Shown: positions 42,401 to 50,110 of the stretch, in pieces | Layout of the letters: the number at the start of each line of letters is the position of its first letter | Position numbering within the stretch: the first letter of the stretch is position 1 | Virus record (IMG/VR): IMGVR_UViG_3300042924_003416 | Location: 21,774-85,773 of that record | Direction: 5' to 3' (one strand) | Length of the DNA stretch: 64,000 nt | DNA from: a virus | Notes under the pieces: generated by a model | The model's input: the letters and a program-made list of their open reading frames with translations, nothing else | Told to the model about the DNA's origin: nothing | Databases searched by the model: none | Translations under genes and position numbers: made by a program

Positions 42401-43830
42401 TGCAGTTAATCATTGAAGGTAGTGGTGCTGAGTTTATAAATCTTAAAGATATTGCATTAGCAAGACCTTGGGCAGAAAAAGCTATGTTAGAATGGACTAC
42501 AAAAGGTATTTACCAAACAGGTCCAGGAGCTATATCAACTCAACTTGTTCAGATTTTTGATCCTAACTTTAAGTCTAAAGATGAGTTTGGTAGAGAGATA
42601 GAAAGATCTATGTTAAAAGATCTTGCCAATATGGAATGGTTATACATGCATAGAAAATTTGGTGAGATGCAAGTTGCAATGTCTTTATTTGGAGCTTTTA
42701 TGTATGGTCAAAAAGTAGAACAAGTTATGAGTGATGGTTCTAAAAAGACTTTAAGATATATTGAAGCTTGGGAAAAAGATGATGAAGGTATCATTAGATT
42801 AAAACCTGGTATACATCCTGGTTGGAGTAATCTTCCTGTATATCATGAATATACTAAAGGTGAAAGTCTTGAAAGTATTGCTAAGAAATACTACATTCCT
42901 TTAGAAGAACTAAAAGCTAAAAATAGAATTAAGTCTGAAGTACAACTTGAAGATGGTCAAGAACTTATTATATCTAAGTCAGAGTTATTTATGGGATTGA
43001 AAAATAGAATTCAAGGTACGTCTCGTAAATTATTTGGTACTTATGATGAAATGGGACAGCCTGAAGGTAATAAGTTACTTCTCTATAGAATGTTCTTCTT
43101 TATGAGAAAATGGTTTACTCCTATGTTGATGAATAGATTTGGATTTGATTCTAAAACTATTGGTTGGACACGAGGTGGTGAAAGATATGATTGGGCAACT
43201 ACATCTTATGGAAAAGGTTTTTATATTACAGCATTCCAAGCAATGTTGAAAACAATGAAATCTGGATTTAGAAACTATAACTATCTTACTGATCAAGAAA
43301 AAACTGCAGTAAGAAAACTTTCTGCTGAAGCATTCTTTGCAATTGGTCTTGCTCTAATTGGTCTAATGGTGTTTGGATTTGATCCAGATGATGATGACAA
43401 ATGGAAAAAACTAAGAGCTAAGTCTGGTGCAATGGGTCAAGATTCATTTAACACATATGGTTTTATGTCAAATCACATGTTACTTTTGATGATGGGTGTA
43501 CAAGCAGAAACTTCGGCTTTTGTACCACTACCTTCTATGAAAGGAGTAAATTTTGGTGCAGATGATTATGTAAAGATGCTAACACAAACAACAAGTGCAT
43601 GGTATAACACTGTAGTACTTTATATTGATATCTTTGGAGATGCATTAGATTTTGTAACATTCTCTGAAATGGATAGATATAAACGTGATACAGGTCCATA
43701 TTCATGGAAAGAAGAAGGAGATTTAAAATTATGGAGTAAATTAGGAAAAGCAATAGGGTTCACTGGTTCTACTGGAGATCCAGTAACATCATTTGAAAAT
43801 CAATTTAAAAGTCAATCTAAAGGAAATTAA
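36496..43830 (+). CDS. Giant ejection/polyvalent protein (2444 aa): EVQSD domain, zincin HExxH, LysM domain, C-terminal hydrophobic helices
   Basis: RRVLEVQSD (about 37500); HEFSH...EEVLA (38485); LysM YTKGESLESIAKKYYIPLEELKAKNRI...LEDGQELII (about 42850-42970); hydrophobic AFFAIGLALIGLMVFGF. Confidence 0.75.
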   Translation: MVCQVQLNSIKFLEKNGATDDIRRIINEDLFNKLNDSLTDKAERIYGLETNGSKLFSVNTSEHIDPYRSTYWRDAKVRVLRAEPNVKLFERLQELFNARNDKPMFMKAPEVDYSLKIVNALNKINRNKFESSKLQGWLNDLQKQGVSAQQLELFKEVAKPGMTKDEIAAAIAATYSYTIEINTAKTPKVGEKFLDREYGYELEVTEETLQNQINDGFVDNNLNTQYYSNLTVPGGTNYTEQEIATPAITPSIKGHAQFATDKGIGWFRSDEQSIKETGPIKYFVENAFEDIQSELFTNIEEAKKLQKKWSQDYPELKFEIVKSSTYISILSKTRRVLEVQSDLFQKGRDRENLIEDKNMSSNITDSNKEEFEVAKRLGIEEEDEEGNLSYTYKGVNYFQDIFTDNYLKYGLPSSNTKGNQFLQLLNKDNNWINFFTKSIIQDSAKKGYEKVLFPSGNTASKVEGHTTLEEFKKQKEDRIRFLDGEINDPENIERRIEEAKKEKEQVKQELERVEREGFGALKPIYNFYENTVTNILKKQGYSPKKITDEYGNTWNEITIDQTRDTSPIAFMRENVNPALQEINGVLFMDVNLDQLQDQRSKEIAEVLAQRLSLSTNTQFRNVSAEEAANILKNRPVKYNGEPAFYYAGTVYVVGENINVRTVLHEFSHPVLNALRQTNNILFQNLYNQALATEEGQGIYYYVVNNYPELEENSDLFKEEVLAYAMQLKALNRINNDIETEGYQNFMNKLLAAIKQLLRKLFGSKIDVAKLDVDTSLEEMADMLLDKDFEFKTDRINEEDLAMFSREVVERARELNKFSNKESMQKVVKSTFETTRRVLSEAEGFKGDKASRKLLRESLFEKGTNRYIREVLRTLRDNLDSNIEDQAQNQLIQNALDTAREEMDVDLERATALVNSLDTINSMTKNMLLDISKLSGTNINNRSTIALLMLYKSNSKAWLKMVQEIDEALTSEGGFVDTNNPFYKTLNEIVLNITRVNTNIANILKNNNVQFYVEITGYMSKYVQDRLKGNLGIALKQTFPTEQLEREVNDLYDKVVQQKLTEDDIDALVKKGVPENVLTGFLKEYKELVVDEDKIKAALTGGAHDVTWFNRWLESYSSSNDVIVGPLAMFIQNEKTQVQNLVWEQSMKFRNKLEKLLPKVGFSKLNSVAMRERMGFKDKIFYMDKKTGKPVEKEIWSYLGAFKDYRYHYDLLDYNLEEAKKTEDVNKIAQAQMEFDEFKRDYMWQEFVPEFYEKDDIFKQSEVGQLAYYVRKQKLQAFNNLVNSMENELERFEKYSTIQAAFREFQQLYSLTYEDGTPKIDDPARGVYDLSIAKVLQEHRAATKGFYEWRPIEGMLQSAYNEFIDLLATKQIFPGSGEFKRELEKWRRQNLRMEYNQEYWDSRVALTTELRELQAKMNEVANSRFDVAAAFQTINDLIYSYRDEQGEPDSNAMGKTRLERIKDAEQAIADFKFQYDISTGLSKEDSEELKNLQYKARKGLLQAGSPESKRYFYLLELQEKEGINPADAARIQEIFTELSQLTENLPTVYYIETLNYNLSKQNIKEVDEDDVDNFINSDEFQDMLDADEGFKEWFNLNHYTINVYDEKSRSYIPRYKRTKANTVAIPKDSSQIKYTRILNREGNEVLLMGAPNARHSRYEVKDQYRTIPFGAAKEDYVGKFIDNKNQWLPRMYQPGQKYSAKDNRFMNERYFQMQASNSAEFQLLEAIKEYHLQNQKGMSNYSKLYLDMPRYALRKGDIYQSLQKANYGSRFSEIGSNIQEWTKQLIGRSVTDSERTSDKYSISNENNYDPNNNLVNTDLDGNQITYVPVSGIYNLDIENQDADIFQGLFKYALSIQTQGKLLESLPLVNSILDTLEDPDNAPKDLEKFDKNIYSLKGALTFAKKKFSTNNRLGQVKSLIEREYYGKMVEGIEETHPQFGKWINGLQGLSARGSLAINLPSDLKNKYGAYVQLIIEGSGAEFINLKDIALARPWAEKAMLEWTTKGIYQTGPGAISTQLVQIFDPNFKSKDEFGREIERSMLKDLANMEWLYMHRKFGEMQVAMSLFGAFMYGQKVEQVMSDGSKKTLRYIEAWEKDDEGIIRLKPGIHPGWSNLPVYHEYTKGESLESIAKKYYIPLEELKAKNRIKSEVQLEDGQELIISKSELFMGLKNRIQGTSRKLFGTYDEMGQPEGNKLLLYRMFFFMRKWFTPMLMNRFGFDSKTIGWTRGGERYDWATTSYGKGFYITAFQAMLKTMKSGFRNYNYLTDQEKTAVRKLSAEAFFAIGLALIGLMVFGFDPDDDDKWKKLRAKSGAMGQDSFNTYGFMSNHMLLLMMGVQAETSAFVPLPSMKGVNFGADDYVKMLTQTTSAWYNTVVLYIDIFGDALDFVTFSEMDRYKRDTGPYSWKEEGDLKLWSKLGKAIGFTGSTGDPVTSFENQFKSQSKGN

Positions 43831-43832
43831 AA

Positions 43833-43973
43833 ATGGCAAAGACAACAACAGGGTCCGTAAAGACCTACATGAAAACTAAGAAATCCCGTCCAGGTGTACA
43901 TTCTAAAACTAAAAGTTCTAAGATGAAAAAGTCTAGGAATTATAAAAAAGCATACAGAGCACAAGGAAGGTAA
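43833..43973 (+). CDS. Small very basic protein (46 aa), absent from the ORF track
   Basis: MAKTTTGSVKTYMKTKKSRPGVHSKTKSSKMKKSRNYKKAYRAQGR; starts 2 nt after the upstream stop and ends at the terminator. Confidence 0.7.
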   Translation: MAKTTTGSVKTYMKTKKSRPGVHSKTKSSKMKKSRNYKKAYRAQGR

Positions 43974-44006
43974 AAAAAAAGAGGAGAACCTTTTACAGTT
44001 CTCCTC
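43972..44006. terminator. Intrinsic terminator at the convergence of the two modules
   Basis: Stem GAGGAGAAC/GTTCTCCTC (43981-43989/43998-44006) preceded by an A9 tract, which is a U-tract on the - strand. Confidence 0.75.
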
Positions 44007-44250
44007 CTTCATTTTCATAGAAGTCTAAGACTTCATATTTGTCTTTAAAGTGTATTACTTTAAAGTTATTTTCTTTAAAATCATATCTTACAACAGACAG
44101 TGTACTTAATGCTTTGTGAAAAGAACATGCTTTACACACAATACATTTACCCTTTGCACTTTTTATTTGATACTTTCTGGTGTTATCCTTAAATTTTTCT
44201 AATGGCTTTTCTACACCACAATTAAAACATCTAAGAGTCTCCATCTTCAT
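43993..44250 (-). CDS. Small Zn-ribbon protein
   Basis: CFNC...KPLEKF...CIVCKAC; start codon uncertain. Confidence 0.6.
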   Translation of the reverse strand: MKMETLRCFNCGVEKPLEKFKDNTRKYQIKSAKGKCIVCKACSFHKALSTLSVVRYDFKENNFKVIHFKDKYEVLDFYENEGGEL

Positions 44251-44419
44251 CTTCACAGCAGTCACATTCTTCATTAGTAACTGTTAATCCATACTCATTG
44301 TCAAACCAATCTCTAGCCTCTTTTTTAGAAGGAGATTCTATTATACCTGACTCAACTACTGATTCAGCACCTGCAAGGTATGCTTCAATCATTGCTTTCC
44401 TGAATGTTATTGGGTGCAT
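44231..44419 (-). CDS. Hypothetical protein
   Basis: 62-aa ORF overlapping its neighbours in the operon. Confidence 0.5.
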   Translation of the reverse strand: MHPITFRKAMIEAYLAGAESVVESGIIESPSKKEARDWFDNEYGLTVTNEECDCCEDEDGDS

Positions 44420-44807
44420 CTTTTCTAAGTTTAAAAAGTTTATTCAACTCTGGTTTAAAGTATCCAGGTCCTTTTAGTATTTTACCATCATGTCTAAATA
44501 ATGGCTTACCATCTCCACCTAACTTACTCATGTTGCTTGCTTGTATCTCATCAAATACATCTTCTATAATATGTTGCATACCATGTTTTAGAATAGTCCC
44601 ACATAAGATATATAACTGGTCTCCTAAAGCATCAGCAATCTCTACTAAAGATTGTTTCTCACATGCTTCAAGATACTCATCATTCTCTTCTTTCATAAGA
44701 CTATGTCTAAGATTGTATTCTGCATCAGATACTAATGAAGGCCATTGACCATCTATTTGACCAAATGCTTTGTGGAACTCTGCCACTGCTTGTAATTGTT
44801 TTTCCAT
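44385..44807 (-). CDS. MazG-like NTP pyrophosphohydrolase (PRA-PH/DR2231-like, possible dUTPase)
   Basis: EENDEY...EIADALGDQLY...SNMSK...GKILKGPGYFKP motifs. Confidence 0.85.
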   Translation of the reverse strand: MEKQLQAVAEFHKAFGQIDGQWPSLVSDAEYNLRHSLMKEENDEYLEACEKQSLVEIADALGDQLYILCGTILKHGMQHIIEDVFDEIQASNMSKLGGDGKPLFRHDGKILKGPGYFKPELNKLFKLRKDAPNNIQESND

Positions 44808-44821
44808 AATACTAAATTAAG

Positions 44822-44854
44822 AAAAAAAAGGGATAGCCTAAGCTACCCCTTTTC
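44822..44854 (-). terminator. Intrinsic terminator
   Basis: A8-GGGATAGC-CTAA-GCTACCCC-TTTT hairpin downstream of the 44878 gene. Confidence 0.6.
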
Positions 44855-44877
44855 CAAAAAAAATAATTATTCATCAA

Positions 44878-46110
44878 CTAAAAGAAGTCAGGAATTGAAT
44901 CCTTATCTTCTTCAGTATCGTCTGTGAAGTCTAGATCAAAATTATCTGCCTCAGCAAATACATCATCTAGGTCTTCTGCAACTTCATTAACTACAACTGC
45001 AGCTACAGTAGTTTCATTAAGTTGTACATGTTCTACTTTAACTTCTTGGGGAAAAATGTCCTCCAAATTTTCTTGCTGAATTTCCCTTTCTGTTTCTGCA
45101 TCATGTGCAGCACATGGAGCAACTACTGGAGCTTCAAATGTATTACCTGCTGGATCTACATATTGTACAATTTCATCTTCAATTAATTCTGTGTCATCTT
45201 CAGTAACATCTTCAATGATTTCTTCTGACTGGTACAAAATCACTTCATTTTCATCATATTTTGTTCCAGTTTGTTCCAAATTTTCAACTTCAGCAATCTG
45301 ATCTAGAATATTAGTTTGATTTGGATCTTCATATAAAGGATCTTCAACTGGTGTACTTAAATTGTTGACTGGTGTACTTACCGGTTGAGGTGGTGCACTA
45401 AAATCACAAATTGTACCTATAAAATAATGCAAGATTCTTTGGTCTTCCATCCAAGTCTTAGGATGTGATGACTGTAATGCATTAGTTACAAAGTTATAGA
45501 AGGCCCACAAACTATCAGTACTTTTAAATACTTGTAATGGTCTTTTCATTTGATCTCTAATCATACTAGCTTGCTCAGTAGTAAGTATCTCATACTCAGC
45601 AAATAATACTCCTAGTAACTGAGACTGTTTTCTCTTATTCAAACTTACTACTTCCATAGCAGCTTTATCAGAACATAGCTGATTATAATACATATATGCA
45701 TTAGAGATATATTGATCAATAGTATCTTTTGTCTCTGTGTCTGCCGTACCTGTGTGTTTTCTAACCCAGCTACCAACTTCTCCAGAAATCATAACAGAAC
45801 CACTATTGTTTATATATGCACCTACTACACATTTAAACTTTACTTGTTTATTATAACTGTTTGTCCATGCAAACATCATTGACAACTCAGGGTCATTATT
45901 AAAATTTAGTTTATAAATTCCCTGGGCAATCTGTCCATCAGCAGTACATCTGTACTCCTCATCTACAATACCAAACCCTGCAGCAGCAAGGGATTGATAA
46001 GCATAATCAATAACAAACTGGTGACTTATAACTGTATAAGTAGCAGCATGATTTGGTAAAGGCACACTTACCAAATGTGCCTTTGTTGTGTTTTGTATTT
46101 TCTTTGGCAT
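44878..46110 (-). CDS. DUF932-like protein with long acidic C-terminal tail
   Basis: TYTVISH...NSYNKQ...RKHTG...SLWAFYNFVT pattern; about 170-aa D/E-rich tail ending in DFF. Confidence 0.6.
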   Translation of the reverse strand: MPKKIQNTTKAHLVSVPLPNHAATYTVISHQFVIDYAYQSLAAAGFGIVDEEYRCTADGQIAQGIYKLNFNNDPELSMMFAWTNSYNKQVKFKCVVGAYINNSGSVMISGEVGSWVRKHTGTADTETKDTIDQYISNAYMYYNQLCSDKAAMEVVSLNKRKQSQLLGVLFAEYEILTTEQASMIRDQMKRPLQVFKSTDSLWAFYNFVTNALQSSHPKTWMEDQRILHYFIGTICDFSAPPQPVSTPVNNLSTPVEDPLYEDPNQTNILDQIAEVENLEQTGTKYDENEVILYQSEEIIEDVTEDDTELIEDEIVQYVDPAGNTFEAPVVAPCAAHDAETEREIQQENLEDIFPQEVKVEHVQLNETTVAAVVVNEVAEDLDDVFAEADNFDLDFTDDTEEDKDSIPDFF

Positions 46111-46112
46111 AA

Positions 46113-48011
46113 TTAAAATAAACTTAATTGATTTGTACTTGGATCTAGAGATTCTATTTCTTTTCTAATCTTCTCTAGATAATAATCATAATTAATATCA
46201 TATTCGTCAAATGGTTTTTCTACATAATTAATCATTGTAGTTTGTAACCATCTTCCAGCTTCTATCTGTATATCTCTCCCGTCACTGTTATGTTTCTTAA
46301 TAATCTTAGAGCCCTGTTTAGACACATAATACCTGATAGTTTCTTGAAGTTTTGTTTCACTATAATCTCCAAGTTCTATTTTACGTTCAATAAATTCCCA
46401 ATCTCCTTTTATCTTAACACCACCACAAAAATCAAAAATGTTTAGATTTTCTTTAATAAACTTTTCAGGTTTAATACCTTCTACAAAGTATGCATGTAGT
46501 GCTTTAGGTATAACTAAAAAACTTTTGTTTTTATGTAATGCCAGATTCTCATACTCAAATCTACCTTTACATTTAGATTTACCTTTCTCTGTAACAGCAA
46601 TATAGTTATTGACATCACCAAGAACTAGCTTAGAATATGTATCATGTTCTAGCTCTAGTTTAGTAATACCTTCCCATATTTTACAAATTTCCATATACTT
46701 GTCTACATACTCTCTAGGTATTATTGTCTCAAGACCATCTGTATTCTGCATTAGAGGAATTGCTCCGGGAATACCTTCACAAATCATCTCATACAACATA
46801 GTTAAAGACAACTGACCATTAATAGTAATACTCATAGTAAACTGTGGATCATACAGGAAGCTGTTCTCATCATTACTGAGTCCATAAGTTGAGTTAAGTA
46901 TAATCTTATATACATAATTCCGTGGATCTGATTTTGGTATCTTTTTTCTTTCATCAAAAAACCATTCATACTGTTCAGAAAATTCTTGTTTTGGTAAATG
47001 TGCAGGTGCCCATCCATTTCTAATAGCTAGATTAGGATAAAAACTTATAACATCTGAAGTTATGATAACCATATCTTCAGTAGAGTTATAAACTTTACTT
47101 GTTCTAGCACCATGAATACCACCAAGACCATAATCTGTCTTAACTCCTTTATATTGCACAGAATATTTAAAACCACCTTTTGTTTGGCCAGGATACAGTA
47201 CTACATCTTGAAACTTCTTTAGAAGATTTTGAAATGTAGCTGTCTCAAAACTAATATAAGGTAGAATAATATCCTTAAATATAATCTGTTCTCTACTAGT
47301 CCTCATCTTTCTTAAATCAGACTTTCTAATTTTAGTAGATTTACTTAAGAAATACAAGAATAACTCTTTAGATATTCTAGGCTCAGAGGCTGAGAACAAA
47401 TCTATGTTATAGTCTTCTGTCAAAGTTCTTCTAAGATTAATTTGCTCTTTACTCAAATGCATAATCTGTTTAGTAGACTTGACATCATTAATACAGTATT
47501 TAATAATCATACTTATTTCAGATTCTATTACATGGAAACTATGATGAATAGGCATATCCATTATATTTTTCCAATCCATAGTATACTGAATCCATTTCAA
47601 ACTAGATCTTTTAGCTGGGTTGTCCCAGTGATTAAGTTTAAATACATCTACTTGTCTAATACTTAAGTCTCTAGAACCAAATTCAGGAAATTCTCCATCA
47701 CGAGATTTACTAATAACTAATTGTGCTTTGTCATATAGAAATCTAGCAATAGTATCACCATCTTGTTCTAATAACTGTTCTTTATTCCGTAGAATATGTT
47801 CAGTAATTTGACTGTCAAATGAAAGACCATTAAAACTAACATGCCATTCATTAAGGGTCACATTTCTTTCTAGAAAAGTAACTAGTTCTAATATGTCATT
47901 TTTGGATTCGTGACAGACAAATACTTCTGTGTGTTCAGACTTTACGTCTTCAAAGACTGCTACAAAACAATTACTAAGAGTTTCGTAGTCCATTACCCAA
48001 TGTGTTCTCAT
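46113..48011 (-). CDS. polB: Family B DNA polymerase
   Basis: Exonuclease motifs DYET and FNGLSFD; polymerase motifs SDVISFYP, YKIILNSTYG, NTDG; C-terminal QLSLF. Confidence 0.92.
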   Translation of the reverse strand: MRTHWVMDYETLSNCFVAVFEDVKSEHTEVFVCHESKNDILELVTFLERNVTLNEWHVSFNGLSFDSQITEHILRNKEQLLEQDGDTIARFLYDKAQLVISKSRDGEFPEFGSRDLSIRQVDVFKLNHWDNPAKRSSLKWIQYTMDWKNIMDMPIHHSFHVIESEISMIIKYCINDVKSTKQIMHLSKEQINLRRTLTEDYNIDLFSASEPRISKELFLYFLSKSTKIRKSDLRKMRTSREQIIFKDIILPYISFETATFQNLLKKFQDVVLYPGQTKGGFKYSVQYKGVKTDYGLGGIHGARTSKVYNSTEDMVIITSDVISFYPNLAIRNGWAPAHLPKQEFSEQYEWFFDERKKIPKSDPRNYVYKIILNSTYGLSNDENSFLYDPQFTMSITINGQLSLTMLYEMICEGIPGAIPLMQNTDGLETIIPREYVDKYMEICKIWEGITKLELEHDTYSKLVLGDVNNYIAVTEKGKSKCKGRFEYENLALHKNKSFLVIPKALHAYFVEGIKPEKFIKENLNIFDFCGGVKIKGDWEFIERKIELGDYSETKLQETIRYYVSKQGSKIIKKHNSDGRDIQIEAGRWLQTTMINYVEKPFDEYDINYDYYLEKIRKEIESLDPSTNQLSLF

Positions 48012-48053
48012 ACCATAAGTTCAGTTAAGCTGTCCCCCCATTTAAGTTAATAA

Positions 48054-48088
48054 AAAAAGGGAGGTTACTATACTTCGTCTCCCTTTTT
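48054..48088. terminator. Hairpin/terminator-like element
   Basis: AAAAAGGGAG...CTCCCTTTTT inverted repeat with a 15-nt loop. Confidence 0.5.
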
Positions 48089-48148
48089 CACCTTTTAAAT
48101 CTTAAGTCATGAATACATCACCATGTCCGGCAAGTACCATCCCTTGTT

Positions 48149-48505
48149 TTATGTTGGATTAGAATCCACCATAAATTTCTTATAATCAAACTTTTTTGTA
48201 TTAACTGCAAAAGTTTTAATTAGTTCTTCCATAGATTCAGTATGTTCAATGTAAAACTCTTGAAAGACTTCAATCTTGTGTCTTTCTTGTTTTACACCTT
48301 TTGTACCAGAAACAGCTTGACCATACTCATCTAATTTAGGGAGCATATGCAAACTAGTTTTCTTAATCTTAGAGATAATTACAAATACTTTTGTCCCGGG
48401 ATCAAAGATACATTCCACATATGGACATTCATCTTTAATAGGGATCATTCTAAAGGTTTGTTGTTCTTGCCATGTGGCCTGAACTAACATCATTGATTCA
48501 TTCAT
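48149..48505 (-). CDS. Hypothetical protein
   Basis: 118-aa ORF overlapping the upstream gene. Confidence 0.65.
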   Translation of the reverse strand: MNESMMLVQATWQEQQTFRMIPIKDECPYVECIFDPGTKVFVIISKIKKTSLHMLPKLDEYGQAVSGTKGVKQERHKIEVFQEFYIEHTESMEELIKTFAVNTKKFDYKKFMVDSNPT

Positions 48506-49094
48506 TTTCTGTTGGTTTTGACAAATTTAATAATTTATTTTCACTTAGATCATCTAAGTCTGCAGGTTCTAGAAATAAAGTTTCTTTTTCCATGTCAGGC
48601 TTAGTACATAACTCTCCCACTTGTATCAACATTTCTGGTTCTACACCTAATAGTTCTGCATAGTTACTAAAATACTTTTCAGGTATTAAATAACTGTGCA
48701 TATAGGCATAATTACCACTGTATTTGTCAAAAAAGTTAAGGATTTTTTGCTTTAAATTCATACTTATTTTACTGTATTTTCCATTAATAAAATGGAACCA
48801 GTCATCCCCTAAATCAGATAAATCAAATGTAAGAACTAATTGATTGCCTATTTTTACATAGTCATTTAGTCTGTTGTGGTTAAGTAAAACATTCTTTTCA
48901 AAATGTTTATACTCATCATCTGTTCTTACATCATACACGCATATTAATTTCATATCCTCAGAGTTGCAGTATCCTTTCCAACTTATATAAGTTTCAATTG
49001 GAACAACACTTACCCCTCTTTTAATGCCCAAGATTGGATATAAAAACACCTTGGACTTTTGAAAGTACTTCTTATAAACAGAATTTAAAGCCAT
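48498..49094 (-). CDS. Hypothetical protein
   Basis: 198-aa ORF in the operon. Confidence 0.65.
   Translation of the reverse strand: MALNSVYKKYFQKSKVFLYPILGIKRGVSVVPIETYISWKGYCNSEDMKLICVYDVRTDDEYKHFEKNVLLNHNRLNDYVKIGNQLVLTFDLSDLGDDWFHFINGKYSKISMNLKQKILNFFDKYSGNYAYMHSYLIPEKYFSNYAELLGVEPEMLIQVGELCTKPDMEKETLFLEPADLDDLSENKLLNLSKPTENE
48522..48529 (-). promoter_or_regulatory. Bacteroidota sigma70-type -7 element (TAnnTTTG)
   Basis: TAAATTTG on the - strand, about 17 nt upstream of the 48505 start codon. Confidence 0.4.
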
Positions 49095-49099
49095 AAAAT

Positions 49100-50110
49100 C
49101 TACAATTTAATATTACCTACTGCTAAGTCATATGGTAGGTCATATCTTTTGTTTTCATAATGCCATTTGGCAATTTTCAAAACTTCTCCGAAATCACTTT
49201 TCCATTGACTCATTGATTCTTTAGAGACTTGGAAAGGATAAACTAAATTGTATTTGTCAATTACAATAAAGGTTACTTGAACTTGCCAGTCTCTTGCATC
49301 TGGTTTGTCTTTCAAAAATTTATCTGAAGCTAAAATAGTATAGATTACTGCTTGTATCCAATACTTGTAATATTCTACTGCATCAGGGAAATCTTGGACA
49401 GACTTACCAGTTGTTTTAAGGTCATTGATGAATAACACCTTTGCCTCATTGTCAACAACAACATTGTCAAGTACTCCGTGAAAACCAAAAGGTAATTTTT
49501 CATGATCCATTTTAATGTGCAACTCATTATGGGTATCAATGTGTGTGTCTTCCTCAGTTACATCTAGTGCTAATAGTGTTCTCACATCACTATTAGTTTT
49601 TAGTATCTCAACCTGTGCTTTGCAGCCATTCAAAGTAGGTTCATCTACTACTGTTTTGTCTAGACTTTGTTTAAGGAATTCAAAATACTCTTTGTGGTCA
49701 TCAGTAAGTATCTTATCAAGTCGTTGTTGATCTGTTTTAAGATTCTGATAAAGATTTGCTGTAAGTAGCTGTGTAAGTATATCTTGTGAGTAGTCTTCCA
49801 AAGTTAATGAATTATTTGAATATCCAAGATGTATTCTAAAAATATTATCAATAATTTTCTTTGGGTTATCACTAGGGAGTTTCCCTGGTAATGATAAAAA
49901 GTAATCATCATATTTCTCAGGTTCAAACAAGAGACAGTGTAAGACTCTCCCTCCTACAAGGTGAGAGTCTGTACTGTCTTCCCGCTGGTTGAGCACATAA
50001 TGATTGTAAAATGCAGCAGGTGAATAAAGTAATTTATTCAACCCACTATAGCTAAAATAAAATTTATTCTGATAGAATTTCTCCATTTCATCAGAACCAT
50101 TCAAAACCAT
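49100..50110 (-). CDS. PD-(D/E)xK exonuclease (RecE/DUF3799-like)
   Basis: FSYSGL...GRVLHCLLFEP...GVLDNVVVD...INDLKTT...YWIQAVIY; start codon uncertain. Confidence 0.8.
   Translation of the reverse strand: MVLNGSDEMEKFYQNKFYFSYSGLNKLLYSPAAFYNHYVLNQREDSTDSHLVGGRVLHCLLFEPEKYDDYFLSLPGKLPSDNPKKIIDNIFRIHLGYSNNSLTLEDYSQDILTQLLTANLYQNLKTDQQRLDKILTDDHKEYFEFLKQSLDKTVVDEPTLNGCKAQVEILKTNSDVRTLLALDVTEEDTHIDTHNELHIKMDHEKLPFGFHGVLDNVVVDNEAKVLFINDLKTTGKSVQDFPDAVEYYKYWIQAVIYTILASDKFLKDKPDARDWQVQVTFIVIDKYNLVYPFQVSKESMSQWKSDFGEVLKIAKWHYENKRYDLPYDLAVGNIKL

Noticed and set aside
1198-43753. Many 60-134 aa ORFs antisense or out of frame within the giant + strand genes
   Set aside because: Fully nested in long coding genes, with composition typical of shadow ORFs and no motifs.
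45348-45380. Short direct repeat ACTGGTGTACTTA x2
   Set aside because: A local duplication in a low-complexity coding tail; only two copies, not a CRISPR array or att site.
26340-48011. Inteins or introns in the vRNAP or PolB
   Set aside because: No internal Cys/HN splice motifs or LAGLIDADG blocks were seen, and catalytic motif spacing looks uninterrupted.
48012-48148. 137-nt intergenic region upstream of polB as a possible tRNA or ncRNA
   Set aside because: Only one hairpin is visible; no cloverleaf or recognisable RNA motif.
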